Source: Gammaproteobacteria bacterium
GTDB lineage: Bacteria > Pseudomonadota > Gammaproteobacteria > S012-40
DNA: 64,000 nt
Direction of reading: 5' to 3'
Assembly (NCBI GenBank): GCA_029881255.1
Contig: JAOUMY010000005.1
Coordinates: forward strand, 66,479-130,478
Below the pieces are notes generated by a model, which made no database searches, had not been told where the DNA came from, and saw nothing but the letters and a program-made list of their open reading frames with translations. How positions within the stretch are numbered: the stretch's first letter is position 1; the number at the start of each line of letters is the position of its first letter. A program made the translations under genes and the position numbers. Shown here in pieces: positions 48,682-59,962 of the stretch.

Positions 48682-51315
48682 TTGGCAATTGAGGATAAGT
48701 ACAACGTCACCAAACCTATCAGTCGATCTGACAAATCTTCGCAAGAGGGTGAGTCGCGATTCAGCTATGCAACTCGCCCTAAAAGTATTGGCTACTTTCA
48801 GAATCTGGATTTCAAAAGACGTATACGAATTTCCTCGTTTCTTACACATCTTCTTGCCATAGTGAGCGTTGCGTGGGCGCTGATCGCCTACTCGCTTGAC
48901 TACACGACTTTAGCCGCAAACACCACTGTCGCTGCGGGTGGTTTCATACTGGCAAGCGTATTACATAGAAAAAACCGGCACACTTCGGCCCGTCTCATAT
49001 GGTTGACGACAACAAACATCGCCGTCTTCTTTGGAATACAACTCTCAGGGTTTGATTCGTACACCGGTCAGAACACAATAATTACCGCCGCCATTCCATT
49101 CATACTTTTTTCCTGGCAACACGAGAGAATCTTCGTCATCTATAGTTCAATACTGTCGGTGTTAGTATGGGGACTGAGTTGGTATGTCGGTGATCACTTT
49201 CTTGGAATAAACCTGGAGCTGGACGCCGCAACTGTGCAGTATTCTGGCGTAGCTACCATGCTTACCATATTTGCCGCGATGATTGCCATACTCATTCATT
49301 TCTCGCAACTTTCTGCTCGTTATGAAAAAGATTTGCTTTTGGCAAAGGAACAGGCAGAAACGGCGAATCTTGCAAAATCTGCCTTTCTCGCCAATATGAG
49401 CCACGAAATACGCACCCCAATGAATGCCGTAATCGGCATGTCTTATCTGGCGCTACAATCAGCAGAAAATCCAAAGCAAAAGAACTACGTTGAAAAAATT
49501 CATAGCTCCGCAGAAAATCTGCTCGGGATCATTAACGATATCCTGGATTTCTCCAAAATTGAGGCCGGAAAGCTCGACATGGAAAATCTGTCTTTTCATC
49601 TCGATGATGTGATGAACAATCTTGCCTCACTTGTGGGACTCAACGCTGAGAAGAAAAATATTGAATTGATGTACAAAATCAATCCCCAGGTACCACGACA
49701 GTTGATCGGCGACCCTTTGCGTCTGGGACAAATACTGACCAATTTGGGAAACAATGCGGTTAAATTCACTCCCGAAGGGGGAGATGTCATATTTAGCATC
49801 AATGTAGAAGAATGCCAAGGCGAGCAGATATGTTTACACTTTTCGGTGCGCGATACTGGTATTGGTATTGAACCGGAACAGTTGGAAAGACTTTTCATGT
49901 CGTTTAGTCAGGCGGACAACTCCACTTCGCGAAAATATGGGGGAACAGGTCTAGGCCTGGCGATTACAAAAAAACTAACTCAGATGATGCGCGGTGACGT
50001 CTGGGCCGAGAGCACGCCCGGTGAAGGTAGTACGTTTCACGCACGCCTGCGATTTAAAGTCAGCGATAAACAAGTCAATCTGCGCGATGTAGCCACGCGC
50101 TTTGGTGCATTACCTGTTCTGGTCGTCGATGACAACCACCTGGCGCGTGAGCTATTAGTAGAGATATTGGAAAGCTTTGGATTGAAAGCAGATACCGCGA
50201 CAAATGGTGAAGACGCGATAAAACGCATTCGACAAACACACAGCACACAACCGTATGATCTGGTATTTATGGATTGGCGCATGCCTGGTCTCGATGGCAT
50301 AGAGACCATACGCCAAATTCAAGACGATGAAACGCTGGAAGTCTTACCTAAGTTTGTGATGCTAACGGCCCAGTCACTTGCGGACAAGGAGTTTGCACAG
50401 CAACAAGTCGAACTCGCTGCCTATCTCACCAAACCGATTACATCGTCCACTGTTTTGGACGCTATCGAAGAAACACTCGGCCAGGGCATGGTGTTACGCA
50501 GCCGCGCCCGCGTGCTAAAACACGATGTTGAAAGCGCCATTACAAAGTTGCAGGGCAGCAAAATTTTGCTTGTGGAGGATAACCATATCAACCAGGAATT
50601 GGCCACTGAGATACTTACCGAGAAAGGCATATCTGTCGTCTTAGCAAATAACGGCGCTGAGGCCTTGGATGCACTGGAAAACGATAGCTTTGATGGAATA
50701 CTCATGGATTGCCAAATGCCTGTAATGGATGGCTATGTCACGACACGCGAAATACGTAAAAAATCCAATTGCAGCGACCTACCCATTATTGCCATGACGG
50801 CTAACGTGATGTCTGGTGATAAGGAAAAGGCTATCGAATCGGGCATGAATGACCATATTGGAAAGCCGATAAACGTTAGTGAAATGTTTCGCACGCTCGC
50901 CAGGTGGATCAAACCCAAACAGCCCGTAGCAGCGGCCACAAATACAGAAACGCAAGATGAATCCGTTAAGCTAAAATTGCCAGGACTCGACACCGAAACT
51001 GCGTTGGGCCGACTCAACCATCGCATGCGTCTCTATCTAAAACTGTTGACCGGTTTTCGCGATAGCTACATAGACTTCGAACAGAAATTTTTTGCCGCAA
51101 AACAACAAGGAAATTTTGAGGAGGCCAGCCGGCTTGCGCATTCACTCAAGGGACTATCCGGCACCATCGGCGCTGATACCCTGTCCACCGCCGCGAGAGA
51201 GCTGGAATTGGCGTGTAAAGAACATGCACCCGACTTGGATTCCTATACGGATAAAGTAATAAGAGCGCTTAACCTTGTACTCGGTGGTTTACAGTCTCTC
51301 GAGCGTCCGAGCTAG
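48682..51315 (+). CDS. hybrid sensor histidine kinase/response regulator (membrane sensor, HisKA, HATPase_c, two REC domains, HPt)
   Basis: H-box [20 protein letters not shown] boxes DTGIGI and [11 protein letters not shown]1 [14 protein letters not shown]...[14 protein letters not shown]2 [14 protein letters not shown]...[11 protein letters not shown]. HPt [13 protein letters not shown]. No ATG in frame near the 5' end; probable TTG start at 48682. Confidence 0.85.
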   Translation: MAIEDKYNVTKPISRSDKSSQEGESRFSYATRPKSIGYFQNLDFKRRIRISSFLTHLLAIVSVAWALIAYSLDYTTLAANTTVAAGGFILASVLHRKNRHTSARLIWLTTTNIAVFFGIQLSGFDSYTGQNTIITAAIPFILFSWQHERIFVIYSSILSVLVWGLSWYVGDHFLGINLELDAATVQYSGVATMLTIFAAMIAILIHFSQLSARYEKDLLLAKEQAETANLAKSAFLANMSHEIRTPMNAVIGMSYLALQSAENPKQKNYVEKIHSSAENLLGIINDILDFSKIEAGKLDMENLSFHLDDVMNNLASLVGLNAEKKNIELMYKINPQVPRQLIGDPLRLGQILTNLGNNAVKFTPEGGDVIFSINVEECQGEQICLHFSVRDTGIGIEPEQLERLFMSFSQADNSTSRKYGGTGLGLAITKKLTQMMRGDVWAESTPGEGSTFHARLRFKVSDKQVNLRDVATRFGALPVLVVDDNHLARELLVEILESFGLKADTATNGEDAIKRIRQTHSTQPYDLVFMDWRMPGLDGIETIRQIQDDETLEVLPKFVMLTAQSLADKEFAQQQVELAAYLTKPITSSTVLDAIEETLGQGMVLRSRARVLKHDVESAITKLQGSKILLVEDNHINQELATEILTEKGISVVLANNGAEALDALENDSFDGILMDCQMPVMDGYVTTREIRKKSNCSDLPIIAMTANVMSGDKEKAIESGMNDHIGKPINVSEMFRTLARWIKPKQPVAAATNTETQDESVKLKLPGLDTETALGRLNHRMRLYLKLLTGFRDSYIDFEQKFFAAKQQGNFEEASRLAHSLKGLSGTIGADTLSTAARELELACKEHAPDLDSYTDKVIRALNLVLGGLQSLERPS

Positions 51316-51381
51316 TACGCATAATAAGTAGGCGTAGTCAAAAATACATATACTCCAGGAAAGTATTGATTCAATTGTCCG

Positions 51382-51420
51382 AAAAAAAACACCGGGCCGT
51401 TTTCAAGCCCGGTGTCTACT
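51382..51420. terminator. rho-independent terminator (strong on minus strand; bidirectional hairpin between convergent genes)
   Basis: Stem caccgggc / gcccggtg with a 9-nt loop. On the minus strand it is followed by T8 (the A8 at 51382-51389 on the plus strand). Confidence 0.7.
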
Positions 51421-51446
51421 ATTTCCAATACCTCACACTATCACTA

Positions 51447-52307
51447 CTATTGCAAAGGCAGATAAATCTCCGTACGTAAATTCTCGGGTTTGGTTTTCCG
51501 CGGATCGCGATTCAAATATATTTCGAATAGTGGCTGGTCACGCACCTGTTCCCCACTATTGGGCAGCCAGTCGGCAAAGATGCTGTTATAGACTTTATCA
51601 AGTTGATCATAACTACCCTTGTGTAAAAATCTTGCATAGCGCCCGCCAGCGAGTGTTTGTTTGCCCACTTCCCCTTTTTCCTGCACATTCCCTTCATAGG
51701 TAATACAGGCGTCATAGCGCAGTTGGTCGGCGGCGGTGATGTCCGGGCTGTCGTAACTTACTCCTATCATCTTTGTATCGGGTTTCATTAGTTTATTGGG
51801 ATAGGCAAACGACATCATGCCGCCCCACGCGGCTTCTGCTGCCTTGGAATATTCTCCTGTCTTGCGCACATAAAGAACTTCAATTGGTTCGATGTTTAGA
51901 ATTTCTGCGTTCATCTTGATCAACTCCAGCGTTGTATCGTCTGGAAGGTACTCGCTAACAATGGCATGGTGTTGTCGAAAGCTGGTCGGTGACATATTAA
52001 ATCGCTGCTTAAAGGCTTTATTAAATGCCGCCGGTGTTTCATAACCCGCATCGAGTGCAATGCGAGTTATATCATCCTGACTTACCACTAATTGTAGCGC
52101 CGCTTTTTCCAGACGAAGTCTGCGTACATAGGCGCTAAGCGACTCTCCAGTGTGTGCGCGAAAAAGCCGGTGAAAATGAAACGGTGACATACACGCAATC
52201 TCGGCAACTTTGGCTAGCAATAAAGGCTGATCCAGATGCTTTTGTATATACTGTCTGACCTTATTCAGCCGTTCAGCATATTGATCTTTGGTAGCACTAC
52301 GTTCCAT
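51447..52307 (-). CDS. AraC-family transcriptional regulator with C-terminal GyrI-like effector-binding domain
   Basis: HTH region IACMSPFHFHRLFRAHTGESLSAYVRRLRLEKA. C-terminal 150 aa with the GyrI-like fold pattern (GGRYARFLHKGSY). Confidence 0.8.
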   Translation of the reverse strand: MERSATKDQYAERLNKVRQYIQKHLDQPLLLAKVAEIACMSPFHFHRLFRAHTGESLSAYVRRLRLEKAALQLVVSQDDITRIALDAGYETPAAFNKAFKQRFNMSPTSFRQHHAIVSEYLPDDTTLELIKMNAEILNIEPIEVLYVRKTGEYSKAAEAAWGGMMSFAYPNKLMKPDTKMIGVSYDSPDITAADQLRYDACITYEGNVQEKGEVGKQTLAGGRYARFLHKGSYDQLDKVYNSIFADWLPNSGEQVRDQPLFEIYLNRDPRKTKPENLRTEIYLPLQ

Positions 52308-52411
52308 GACTTTCTCCGACTGTTTGCTGCGAACACGGCATTAGAATGCCTGATCAGAACAGCTGACGCTTTTCCGTGCTTGCTATTTTAGAGCGTTGTA
52401 TCGTGTCGACC

Positions 52412-53304
52412 TTACTCACCTTCAATAAAGCGCTTGTCTTGCTGCATACTCTCATGCAGGTGAGTCATCAAGGCACGCACCCTCGCGGTTTGACGCAGGT
52501 CTGCATGGGTGAGTATCCACAGCACACTTTTGAATTTATCGATGTCAGGAATGCTAATGCGTTTTAGTGAAGATTCCTGCTCACCAATGAGAAAGGGCAA
52601 GGCCGTTACACCCATGCCGGCGACAGCGGCCCTGGCGACCACCAGAATATTGTCAGAAACCAGTTTCATACGAGGGAGTGTTTTGTCCTTCCAGATCGTA
52701 TTGCGCAACGGCTGTATGTAGTGTCGGCAAAGCACATATTCATATTCGTTTAGATCCAGTGTTCCTACTTGATCCAGATAGCTATGACTGGCATACAAAC
52801 CCATTTTAAAATCACAAATTTTCTTGGCGATACAATTTTGCGGCGGCGCATCCGTCATGCGTAGCGCCAGGTCGGCTTCCCCGCGTGACATCTCGAAATC
52901 CACTGGCGAGACTAATAATTCGATATTTATCTCAGGGTGTTTACGATAGAAGCTTTCCAGGTGCGGCAGCAGCAGGTAGTAACTGACACCTTCGGGCGCG
53001 GTCAAACGGATGTTTCCCTGCAGGCGCGTATCTTTGCCCTGGAGCTCGCGCCGCAACTCCAGTATTTCCTCCTCGATATTACCGGCCATGCGCTGCACCA
53101 GCTCCCCAGCCTCTGTCATCTCGTAGCCGATTGGGGTTCGGTTGAAAAAGCGGGTCGCGAACCGTTCTTCTATATTATTGATTTGTCTAAAAACAGTACT
53201 GTGACTACTGCCCAGCGCCCGGGCCGCGCCCGCCAGACTCCCTTCGCGGCAGATCGCTAACACTATCCGAAGATCATTCCAGTCCATATTTGTCGCATCT
53301 GTCA
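52412..53304 (-). CDS. LysR-family transcriptional regulator
   Basis: MTDATNMDWNDLRIVLAICREGSLAGAARALGSSHSTVFRQI HTH. 297 aa from the internal ATG at 53304; the ORF track extends to 53449 through hydrophobic junk. Confidence 0.8.
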
Positions 53305-53429
53305 TGAGCCACCCAGCCTGTCTATTTTTGCAAATGGATTTTCCGTATTTAGCTAATTCAAATTCAATAACGAACAACCTAAGATAACACCGACTGAGGC
53401 AAATACAAACAGACAAGGAGAACACAGCG

Positions 53430-54236
53430 ATGGGCGGAATGTTGAGCAATAAGACACCCTGGGATCTGGTCGCGCCGGGCTATGCGGAAATCACCATGAA
53501 GCTATTCCACGCGTACACGCTGGCGGCACTGGAATTCGTCGGTATAGACAAACGACATGACATTGTTGATATCGCTTGTGGACCAGGAACCTTGGCATTG
53601 GCGGCATCACCTTTGGCCAATACAATTCATGCGCTGGATTTTTCTGCGCCGATGCTCGACATCTTGGATCGAACAATAGAAGAACAAGGGATAAACAACA
53701 TCATGACTCATTACGGCGACGGACAACAACTTCCGTATGGCGACGATTCTTTCGATGCAGCCTTTTCCATGTTCGGCCTGATGTTCTTCCCCGATCGCGC
53801 CAAGGGCTACGCCGAAGTTCTGCGCGTGCTCAAACCCGGTTCAAAAGCGGTTATTTCCAGTTGGGCACCGCTGTCACATTCTCCCGCAATGCACGCAGTG
53901 TTCGGTGCACTACGCGCAATAAAACCCGATATGCCTGAACCACAGGAAGAAGTGGAGTCACTCGAGAATCCGGATTTCTTTGGTGATGAAATGCGACGTG
54001 CTGGATTTAAAAACGTTGATGTAAAACCGGTTGTAGGTGAAGTGAAAATCAACTCACTTGAAACATATTGGGACGACATGGTTAAAGGCAGCGCGCCATT
54101 AGTGATGCTAAAACAAAGTATGACCGACGAACAATGGCAAGCAAGTACACAAATTGCGCTGACCTATTTGCGTGAAACCGTAGCTTCAAAATCGAGTTTG
54201 ACTGCTAAGGCATGGCTGGCAGTGGGCACGAAGTAA
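53430..54236 (+). CDS. class I SAM-dependent methyltransferase
   Basis: Motif I VDIACGPGTLA. Post-I acidic ALDFS. 268 aa. Divergent from the LysR gene. Confidence 0.75.
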   Translation: MGGMLSNKTPWDLVAPGYAEITMKLFHAYTLAALEFVGIDKRHDIVDIACGPGTLALAASPLANTIHALDFSAPMLDILDRTIEEQGINNIMTHYGDGQQLPYGDDSFDAAFSMFGLMFFPDRAKGYAEVLRVLKPGSKAVISSWAPLSHSPAMHAVFGALRAIKPDMPEPQEEVESLENPDFFGDEMRRAGFKNVDVKPVVGEVKINSLETYWDDMVKGSAPLVMLKQSMTDEQWQASTQIALTYLRETVASKSSLTAKAWLAVGTK

Positions 54237-54243
54237 AATGATA

Positions 54244-54276
54244 TTCGGGGCCTGTTCGCAGAGCGGGCCCCGAATG
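54244..54276. terminator. 10-bp stem hairpin between convergent genes (terminator-like)
   Basis: attcggggcc ... ggccccgaat with a 13-nt loop. Weak T-tract. Confidence 0.5.
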
Positions 54277-54277
54277 A

Positions 54278-54808
54278 TCAAGGAACCTTTTGCTCCATAA
54301 ACTTCACCAACCAGTTTTCGAGAAATTCGTAGTAGTCGCAACCCAGATCAAGTGTAGCGAGTTGGAAGTGTGCTGCACGTTGAAAGACCTGTGGGATAGC
54401 ATTTCGATCCACTGCTGCCTTTTGTTGTTCAAGTTCCATCCGCATAGAACGAACGTCTTTGAGATATGATTGCAAAACCTCTTTCCATTTGTCGTCAGAA
54501 TCGGCAAAGAAAAACAATCTTAACAATAGTTCATCTTTTATTTTTCCGATACCCAAGGGACTTTCTAGCCATTCCCTATAGACTTTCCTACCTTGCGGCG
54601 TAATAGAAAACGTTTTTTTGGCACGTTTACTTTCGATGTCCTCTTCACATTCAACCAAGCCAGCTGCCAACAGCTTTTGACAGGCAGGATGTATCGATCC
54701 AATACTGGTGTTGTAGAACATGGAGGTAGACTTGTCCATGTTCTTTTTTAGCTCATACACACTCATAGGCTGCAGTGAAAGCATCCCGAGTATTATCTTA
54801 TCCTGCAT
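54278..54808 (-). CDS. PadR-family transcriptional regulator
   Basis: ILGMLSLQPMSVYELKKNMDKSTSMFYNTSIGSIHPACQKLLAAGLVE winged helix. 176 aa. Confidence 0.8.
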   Translation of the reverse strand: MQDKIILGMLSLQPMSVYELKKNMDKSTSMFYNTSIGSIHPACQKLLAAGLVECEEDIESKRAKKTFSITPQGRKVYREWLESPLGIGKIKDELLLRLFFFADSDDKWKEVLQSYLKDVRSMRMELEQQKAAVDRNAIPQVFQRAAHFQLATLDLGCDYYEFLENWLVKFMEQKVP

Positions 54809-54819
54809 AGGTTCGCTCT

Positions 54820-56019
54820 TTAGTAGATACGCAAGTCCACGCTATCGAGCTGCAGGCTAGATAGCGACGTCTTTTTCTTGAGGTGTTGATCGAAAAAACC
54901 CAGTAGCAATTTTTCGATATTGTTTGCCATCAACGCATTGTCTATCTTACCTAACATCGGTGAAAAACGTAACGGAGTAACCAAATTCAAGTCGGTAAAG
55001 TTATAATGGGCGCTTTGTTTAAACACCGCCTCGCAGCTGTTGTTTGTCTTTAACAAGGGTTTATTAATAAATCCTGTGTCAAGTATCTCGTCTGCAAACT
55101 TCACGTTGTCTGCGTAGACATAGCAAACCGGCACATCAAATTGCCGATAAGGTATTATCGCCAGGTTTAGTTGTGGTGCGTCCATTCCAAATGCGGCCTT
55201 CACTCCAAAATCACCCATTGCCAGTACCCCAGACATAATCGAACCAAAAGAGTGACCAAATGCGCCGATGTTGTCCAAGTCCAGATGCCCCGCAATAGGT
55301 GTGGCAAGTGTCCCGTTTTGAATTTTTTTCAATGTCGAGAACAGTAACACGTTATTGGCATACACAGACTCGAAAACAGCTGTCATTGGTTCGAATACCG
55401 GGTTCTTGGCGAGCACTGCCATAGACTCACTAAAGCTCGTGAAGTCTTTGGCTGCTTTCGCGCTCTCGATATCTTTTACCAACGCAGGCGCGAGTTCTTT
55501 CGCACCATTTTTTTGTTTTTCCAGGGCGAGATAGGCCGGACTATTTTTGTCCGCGACTATCACTTCCCCATTCGTACGCACGACGACCATCGAAACACCC
55601 GGATTCGCCACAGACAACACGATGTAACCATGGCTGGCGAGTTGTTCAAAATGCGTGACGTTTTGTCTCGCGAACGACATAAGGCCGTGGTTGAAGATCA
55701 ACACCGGAAACTTACCGGCCGCAATCTCTACGTCAAAACTGGAGCGACTTACATCCTCGCCTCCCATGAGAAATCGCGGCATATCGATAGAATCGGCAAA
55801 GGCACTATTACTGTGCTCATCGCTGGACAGCAACTTGTTCTCCGTCTCCTGCTCACTGGGGTACCAGGCCCTGACCTGTAGCCAACGGCTACTATCTGAA
55901 ATCTCAAATGTCGTGCTTCCCGCTTTCCAGGGGCCACTAAGTGGCGGTGGCGGAATGTGATCTGAGCAAGCCGACAGCAGCCAGATGAAAGCAAAAATCA
56001 CTAGACTATTGTTTTTCAT
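54820..56019 (-). CDS. alpha/beta-hydrolase lipoprotein (PAF-acetylhydrolase/lipase-like)
   Basis: Lipobox LLSACS. Nucleophile elbow GHSFGS. 399 aa. Co-oriented 12 nt upstream of the PadR gene. Confidence 0.6.
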   Translation of the reverse strand: MKNNSLVIFAFIWLLSACSDHIPPPPLSGPWKAGSTTFEISDSSRWLQVRAWYPSEQETENKLLSSDEHSNSAFADSIDMPRFLMGGEDVSRSSFDVEIAAGKFPVLIFNHGLMSFARQNVTHFEQLASHGYIVLSVANPGVSMVVVRTNGEVIVADKNSPAYLALEKQKNGAKELAPALVKDIESAKAAKDFTSFSESMAVLAKNPVFEPMTAVFESVYANNVLLFSTLKKIQNGTLATPIAGHLDLDNIGAFGHSFGSIMSGVLAMGDFGVKAAFGMDAPQLNLAIIPYRQFDVPVCYVYADNVKFADEILDTGFINKPLLKTNNSCEAVFKQSAHYNFTDLNLVTPLRFSPMLGKIDNALMANNIEKLLLGFFDQHLKKKTSLSSLQLDSVDLRIY

Positions 56020-56256
56020 ATACTTTACCTTTGAGCCAAAACGATTTGTATCGTTACGATATATCGTATAGATATATTTGTCTAGCCCCTGGTTTGGCCC
56101 GCGAGATTCACATCACATTGCGGATTGAACTAGAAATGACCAGCCCCGAAAGGAGTTCCTTAGACTTGAATCAGTAGTATTCACGTTTCATACTGGCAAG
56201 TGTTGAATCTACAGGATAAAATTCCGACTCGTGTTCACCGTCTAACAATTAGAAAA

Positions 56257-56751
56257 ATGAAAAACTTCCTTTATTCGTGTTTCCTCTTCTTTTGTTGCGT
56301 TTCCCAAGCCTTTGCGGAGAGTGTGTCCACGCCACGCCAAAACAGCGTTTCCGTCGCTGCCTATCCCTTGGCAATGGTGTATCAGGATGAACTTATACTA
56401 CCTATTGAGACTACATTGACACATCGAAGTGGTCACGGCATTAGGGCTTTTTATAGTTTTGCGGGCGAGAACGCTACTGCCCCTCAACACTGGTTTGGGC
56501 TCGGATATCGTTTCACGTTTCCAAAATATCTTGATACTGCCTGGTTTCACGGCTTAAACATACATTCCTTTCGACAATTGATAGACGATCAAGAAACACG
56601 AGGTTATGCGTTGACGTATGAACTCGGACGTGAGCGATCCGTTAAACATTTCTATTCTTCTTTTTCATTTGAACTAGGCGCGTCGTATCTTGAAGGAAAA
56701 ACTTATTTAATGATGTACACCTTTTTTGGCGGTCTGGGTTTTCAGCTGTGA
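56257..56751 (+). CDS. secreted hypothetical protein (possible small beta-barrel)
   Basis: Signal peptide MKNFLYSCFLFFCCVSQAFA. Alternating aromatic pattern. 4-nt overlap with the next gene. Confidence 0.5.
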   Translation: MKNFLYSCFLFFCCVSQAFAESVSTPRQNSVSVAAYPLAMVYQDELILPIETTLTHRSGHGIRAFYSFAGENATAPQHWFGLGYRFTFPKYLDTAWFHGLNIHSFRQLIDDQETRGYALTYELGRERSVKHFYSSFSFELGASYLEGKTYLMMYTFFGGLGFQL

Positions 56752-57803
56752 TGAAATCTGAGTATATAAACTTATTGCTTGTTTGCACCGCGATCATATG
56801 TTGCAGTGCTTGTGCAAGCAATGGCTTGTCAAAGTATCCGTCAAATGAAGATGCGTTTCTTCTCGAACCCAAAGAACTGATGGATCAATTCCCAGACATC
56901 GAACGCTATCATTTAGAGACAAACGGCATACCCTTGGTTGATGAACAAACCTATCCTAGCCTGGTTAAAGATTGGGGCGAACCAGACAAAATACGAAAAA
57001 TAAAAGGTGAAATTGTACTGGATTCAACGAAAGCACTTGCTGCGGCCTCGCTCCCGCTTATCCCCCTGTCTCCAGATCCACTTTCAATAGCTGCATTTGC
57101 TGGTTTTATCGGTTTGGAAGCAGGACTAATCTATTTGGCTAGTCCAAACATCCATCGCTCAAGTTGGCAAAAAGGCAATTATCGTATCGATACTAGAATT
57201 GGTATGTTTGGCGAAGATCAACAATTTGTTTTTTGGGAATGGTTTCATAGAGACAAGGAGTGCGATTGTTACAAGCCCATATTGTCACAGAGGGCTCCCA
57301 CCGCCATGTTTATTGATTTTCACTTGGGTTCTAGTATTGAACAGTCTGTTATAAACGGCGTGTTTGAAAAATCGGCGCCGAAGTTTAGCTCCGCAATTTT
57401 TCCGGGTGTCAACCTTAGAGTCACTTACCCCTTAAAAGTCGACATCTCAATTGGTTTGCACGCGACACGAACCGCGTATTTTTCAACAGTGCAACAATCC
57501 CAATATTTCTTTTCTCAAGCGTCTATAAAACTGGGAATGCACAAACCCATTGCACTAAATGAAAGGCTAAGACTGGGTGCAGGTACGACTATTCCGATTT
57601 CCTCTTACCTATCCACGCCGGATAATCCCTCTACCCGTTTCACCGACAAATTCCCAGGTCTTTTTCTTCGATTAGACTATATGATGAATCGGAGTTCTCA
57701 ACTTGGATACGTCGTAACATATGATCACCTCGAAACGCATAAAATCGACGACGTAAAACTTAACCAATTTGCCTTGTTTACCAGTCTTAGATTCTATTTT
57801 TGA
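56748..57803 (+). CDS. lipoprotein, paralogue of 41778-42827
   Basis: Lipobox CCSACAS. Shared WQKGNYRID / WEWFHR motifs. 351 aa. Confidence 0.55.
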   Translation: MMKSEYINLLLVCTAIICCSACASNGLSKYPSNEDAFLLEPKELMDQFPDIERYHLETNGIPLVDEQTYPSLVKDWGEPDKIRKIKGEIVLDSTKALAAASLPLIPLSPDPLSIAAFAGFIGLEAGLIYLASPNIHRSSWQKGNYRIDTRIGMFGEDQQFVFWEWFHRDKECDCYKPILSQRAPTAMFIDFHLGSSIEQSVINGVFEKSAPKFSSAIFPGVNLRVTYPLKVDISIGLHATRTAYFSTVQQSQYFFSQASIKLGMHKPIALNERLRLGAGTTIPISSYLSTPDNPSTRFTDKFPGLFLRLDYMMNRSSQLGYVVTYDHLETHKIDDVKLNQFALFTSLRFYF

Positions 57804-57880
57804 TAATTTTCTATTGAAGTATTCATGCTCTATTTCTTCCCATACAAAATCTTTTCAAAGTAATACTACGCAAGCCAGAA

Positions 57881-58713
57881 CTAAATATTCAACGCCGTCT
57901 TAATAAACTCTCTGCGCTCGGATCGACTGGCATAAATGGCATAAGCCGATCGCTTAATAACAGGCGCGCCCTCGACACGAAAAAGTTTGCCTTGCTCTAT
58001 GGCCTCCTCCACCATGGGTTCGGCGAGATAGGCAGCGCCTCCGCAATCCAACAAATACGCCAACGCAATACGCCCTAGAGGTAAGCGCGTCGCCGGCGGG
58101 TTGATATCGGGAAACAAGCGTCCGTGATCGATTGCAAACGACACTCCCCAATCAACCAGCACATAGTTGTAATTAAACACGTCATTAATATTGACAGACG
58201 CATCGGTACACACCAAAACAAGGGGAATCTGCGCGATTCGTTCCGATACCAGTTTAGGGTTGTGGCTACCCTCAAAAGAGAAACCCACATCAATGGTTCC
58301 TTCGAGCAGGCGTCGATGGATAACCTCCGCGTCACAAACTTCGCCATAAATGGAGACCGCCGGCATTTCCTTGTGCAAATGATGTATCCAATCCTGTAGC
58401 AGGATATCCCAGAGGCTAGGCGTTCCGGCGATGGCCAGAGAATCTCCCCGCTCAACGCCGGCAGCAACGCCCTGCCTTGCCCTATTCCAGGCGGCTAAAA
58501 TGTCCTCCGCGTGATGAAGTAGGCGATGTCCCGCAGGGGTCAACTGGATGTTATTGCGTTCTCGCACAAACAGTGGCGCGCCCACCTGATCCTCTAGCGC
58601 CTGGATACGGGAACTAACGGCTGATTGGCTTAAGAAGAGATTCTTCGCTGCAGCCCCGAAATGGCGTGTGCGGCTGATTTCCAGAAAAGTTCTAAGTTGT
58701 TCAGTATCCAGGA
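57881..58713 (-). CDS. LysR-family transcriptional regulator (start codon uncertain)
   Basis: ORF-track part (to 58585, GTG) covers the substrate-binding domain. The same frame stays open upstream and encodes the HTH LDTEQLRTFLEISRTRHFGAAAKNLFLSQSAVSSRIQALE. No ATG/GTG/TTG in frame; candidate CTG at 58713 preceded by GAGGAG. Confidence 0.65.
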
Positions 58714-58899
58714 CTTTTCTCCTCGTGATCGGTTAAAAACTGTCGTCTTTTATAGACAGTATAATAATCGAATATTTCGATCGTAACTACCTGTTTTTTG
58801 CGCTTTACTCGAACGTATTTTTTTCCGTTAATAGCCATAAGCAGATGGCATTAAGACCATGCTGTTCTTTTTTAGATGACCAAATTGAGGAAAAAAGAT

Positions 58900-59142
58900 A
58901 TGAAACTTGTTGTTAAAACTTTACTCGCTGCCATGGCAGCACTGATGTTAACTTCTGCCTCTGTAGTATTCGCCAACGAAGACCAGGCCGCTGCCCAGGA
59001 AGCTTGTGCAGCAGAAGCCGAAAGCATGTCATTCGAAAGCGCCGAAGACCGTCAGGACTTCATGGCAGATTGCATGAGTGCTAACGGTGGCGTAGCCAAC
59101 ACCGAAGAAGCTGGTTCAAACGAAGCTACTGCTGCTAATTAA
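58900..59142 (+). CDS. small secreted acidic protein
   Basis: RBS gagga. Signal peptide MKLVVKTLLAAMAALMLTSASVVFA. Mature about 55 aa, rich in A/E, with 3 Cys. Confidence 0.5.
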   Translation: MKLVVKTLLAAMAALMLTSASVVFANEDQAAAQEACAAEAESMSFESAEDRQDFMADCMSANGGVANTEEAGSNEATAAN

Positions 59143-59179
59143 TCGACTTAATTGAAAACCATTTTGACAGGTACGTTGT

Positions 59180-59344
59180 ATGAATACTCTCGATTATGAT
59201 TTTAACGCCGACGATGAAATCGATGACTTTGATTGTGATTCACCTAGTTGGGAATTTAAGCCAACTAGAGAAAAGATTTCTAGAAAAAGGCATCCCCAAG
59301 ACGATCAGACCTACTACGACGATTGGGCAAATAGCGAGAGTTAA
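59180..59344 (+). CDS. possible small acidic protein (54 aa)
   Basis: ATG..TAA ORF below the track cut-off (MNTLDYDFNADDEIDDFDCDSPSWEF...). Followed by a terminator. Confidence 0.25.
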   Translation: MNTLDYDFNADDEIDDFDCDSPSWEFKPTREKISRKRHPQDDQTYYDDWANSES

Positions 59345-59379
59345 GATTTTCCTCAAGACGCACAACTGTTAGTGCCGTC

Positions 59380-59420
59380 GGGGCGCTCACTGTCTGGTGA
59401 TGCGCCCTTTTTCATTTTTT
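59380..59420. terminator. rho-independent terminator (bidirectional position between convergent genes)
   Basis: Stem gggcgctcac / gtgatgcgccc followed by tttttcatttttt. Confidence 0.7.
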
Positions 59421-59422
59421 CT

Positions 59423-59962
59423 CTATCGAGTCGGATCAGGTCTGTGCAGCTTCATGTCACTATTCTGCACAAAACTCTCCACCGTTAAATGGTCCATGAT
59501 GCGATCTATTTTCTGATGCAATAGCATGAGTTCGAGATCAGACTTCAGTGCGACTTCGTAACTGGCCTGTGTTTTAAGCCGGTCTTTTTGCGCCTGGCGA
59601 TTCTGAGACATCATGATGATCGGTGCCTGCAAGGCAGCCAAACTGGATAGCGCCAGATTAAGCAGAATATAGGGATAAGGATCGAAGGCCTCGTGAGTGG
59701 CGAGCATAACGGAGTTGATAATCATCCACGCCGCCATCACAAGGATAAAGCTAAATATAAACGTCCAGGAACCACCAAACGTCGCTACCTTGTCGGCTAA
59801 ACGCTGACCTAGCGTCTGTTCCTCAACAAATCGTTGGTTAATATTCTCCGCCACCGGCTCTGAATTGGCGATACTGGCAATGACCTTCTTCTCAGTCTTG
59901 GACAGTTCATCGTATTTCATGCCCAGCAAGGCCCTGGCCAGATTCTCGAAATATCTCAACAT
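59423..59962 (-). CDS. DUF1003-family membrane protein
   Basis: FGGSWTFIFSFILVMAAWMIINS ... DPYPYILLNLALSSLAALQAPIIMMSQNRQ, the DUF1003 signature. Confidence 0.7.
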   Translation of the reverse strand: MLRYFENLARALLGMKYDELSKTEKKVIASIANSEPVAENINQRFVEEQTLGQRLADKVATFGGSWTFIFSFILVMAAWMIINSVMLATHEAFDPYPYILLNLALSSLAALQAPIIMMSQNRQAQKDRLKTQASYEVALKSDLELMLLHQKIDRIMDHLTVESFVQNSDMKLHRPDPTR

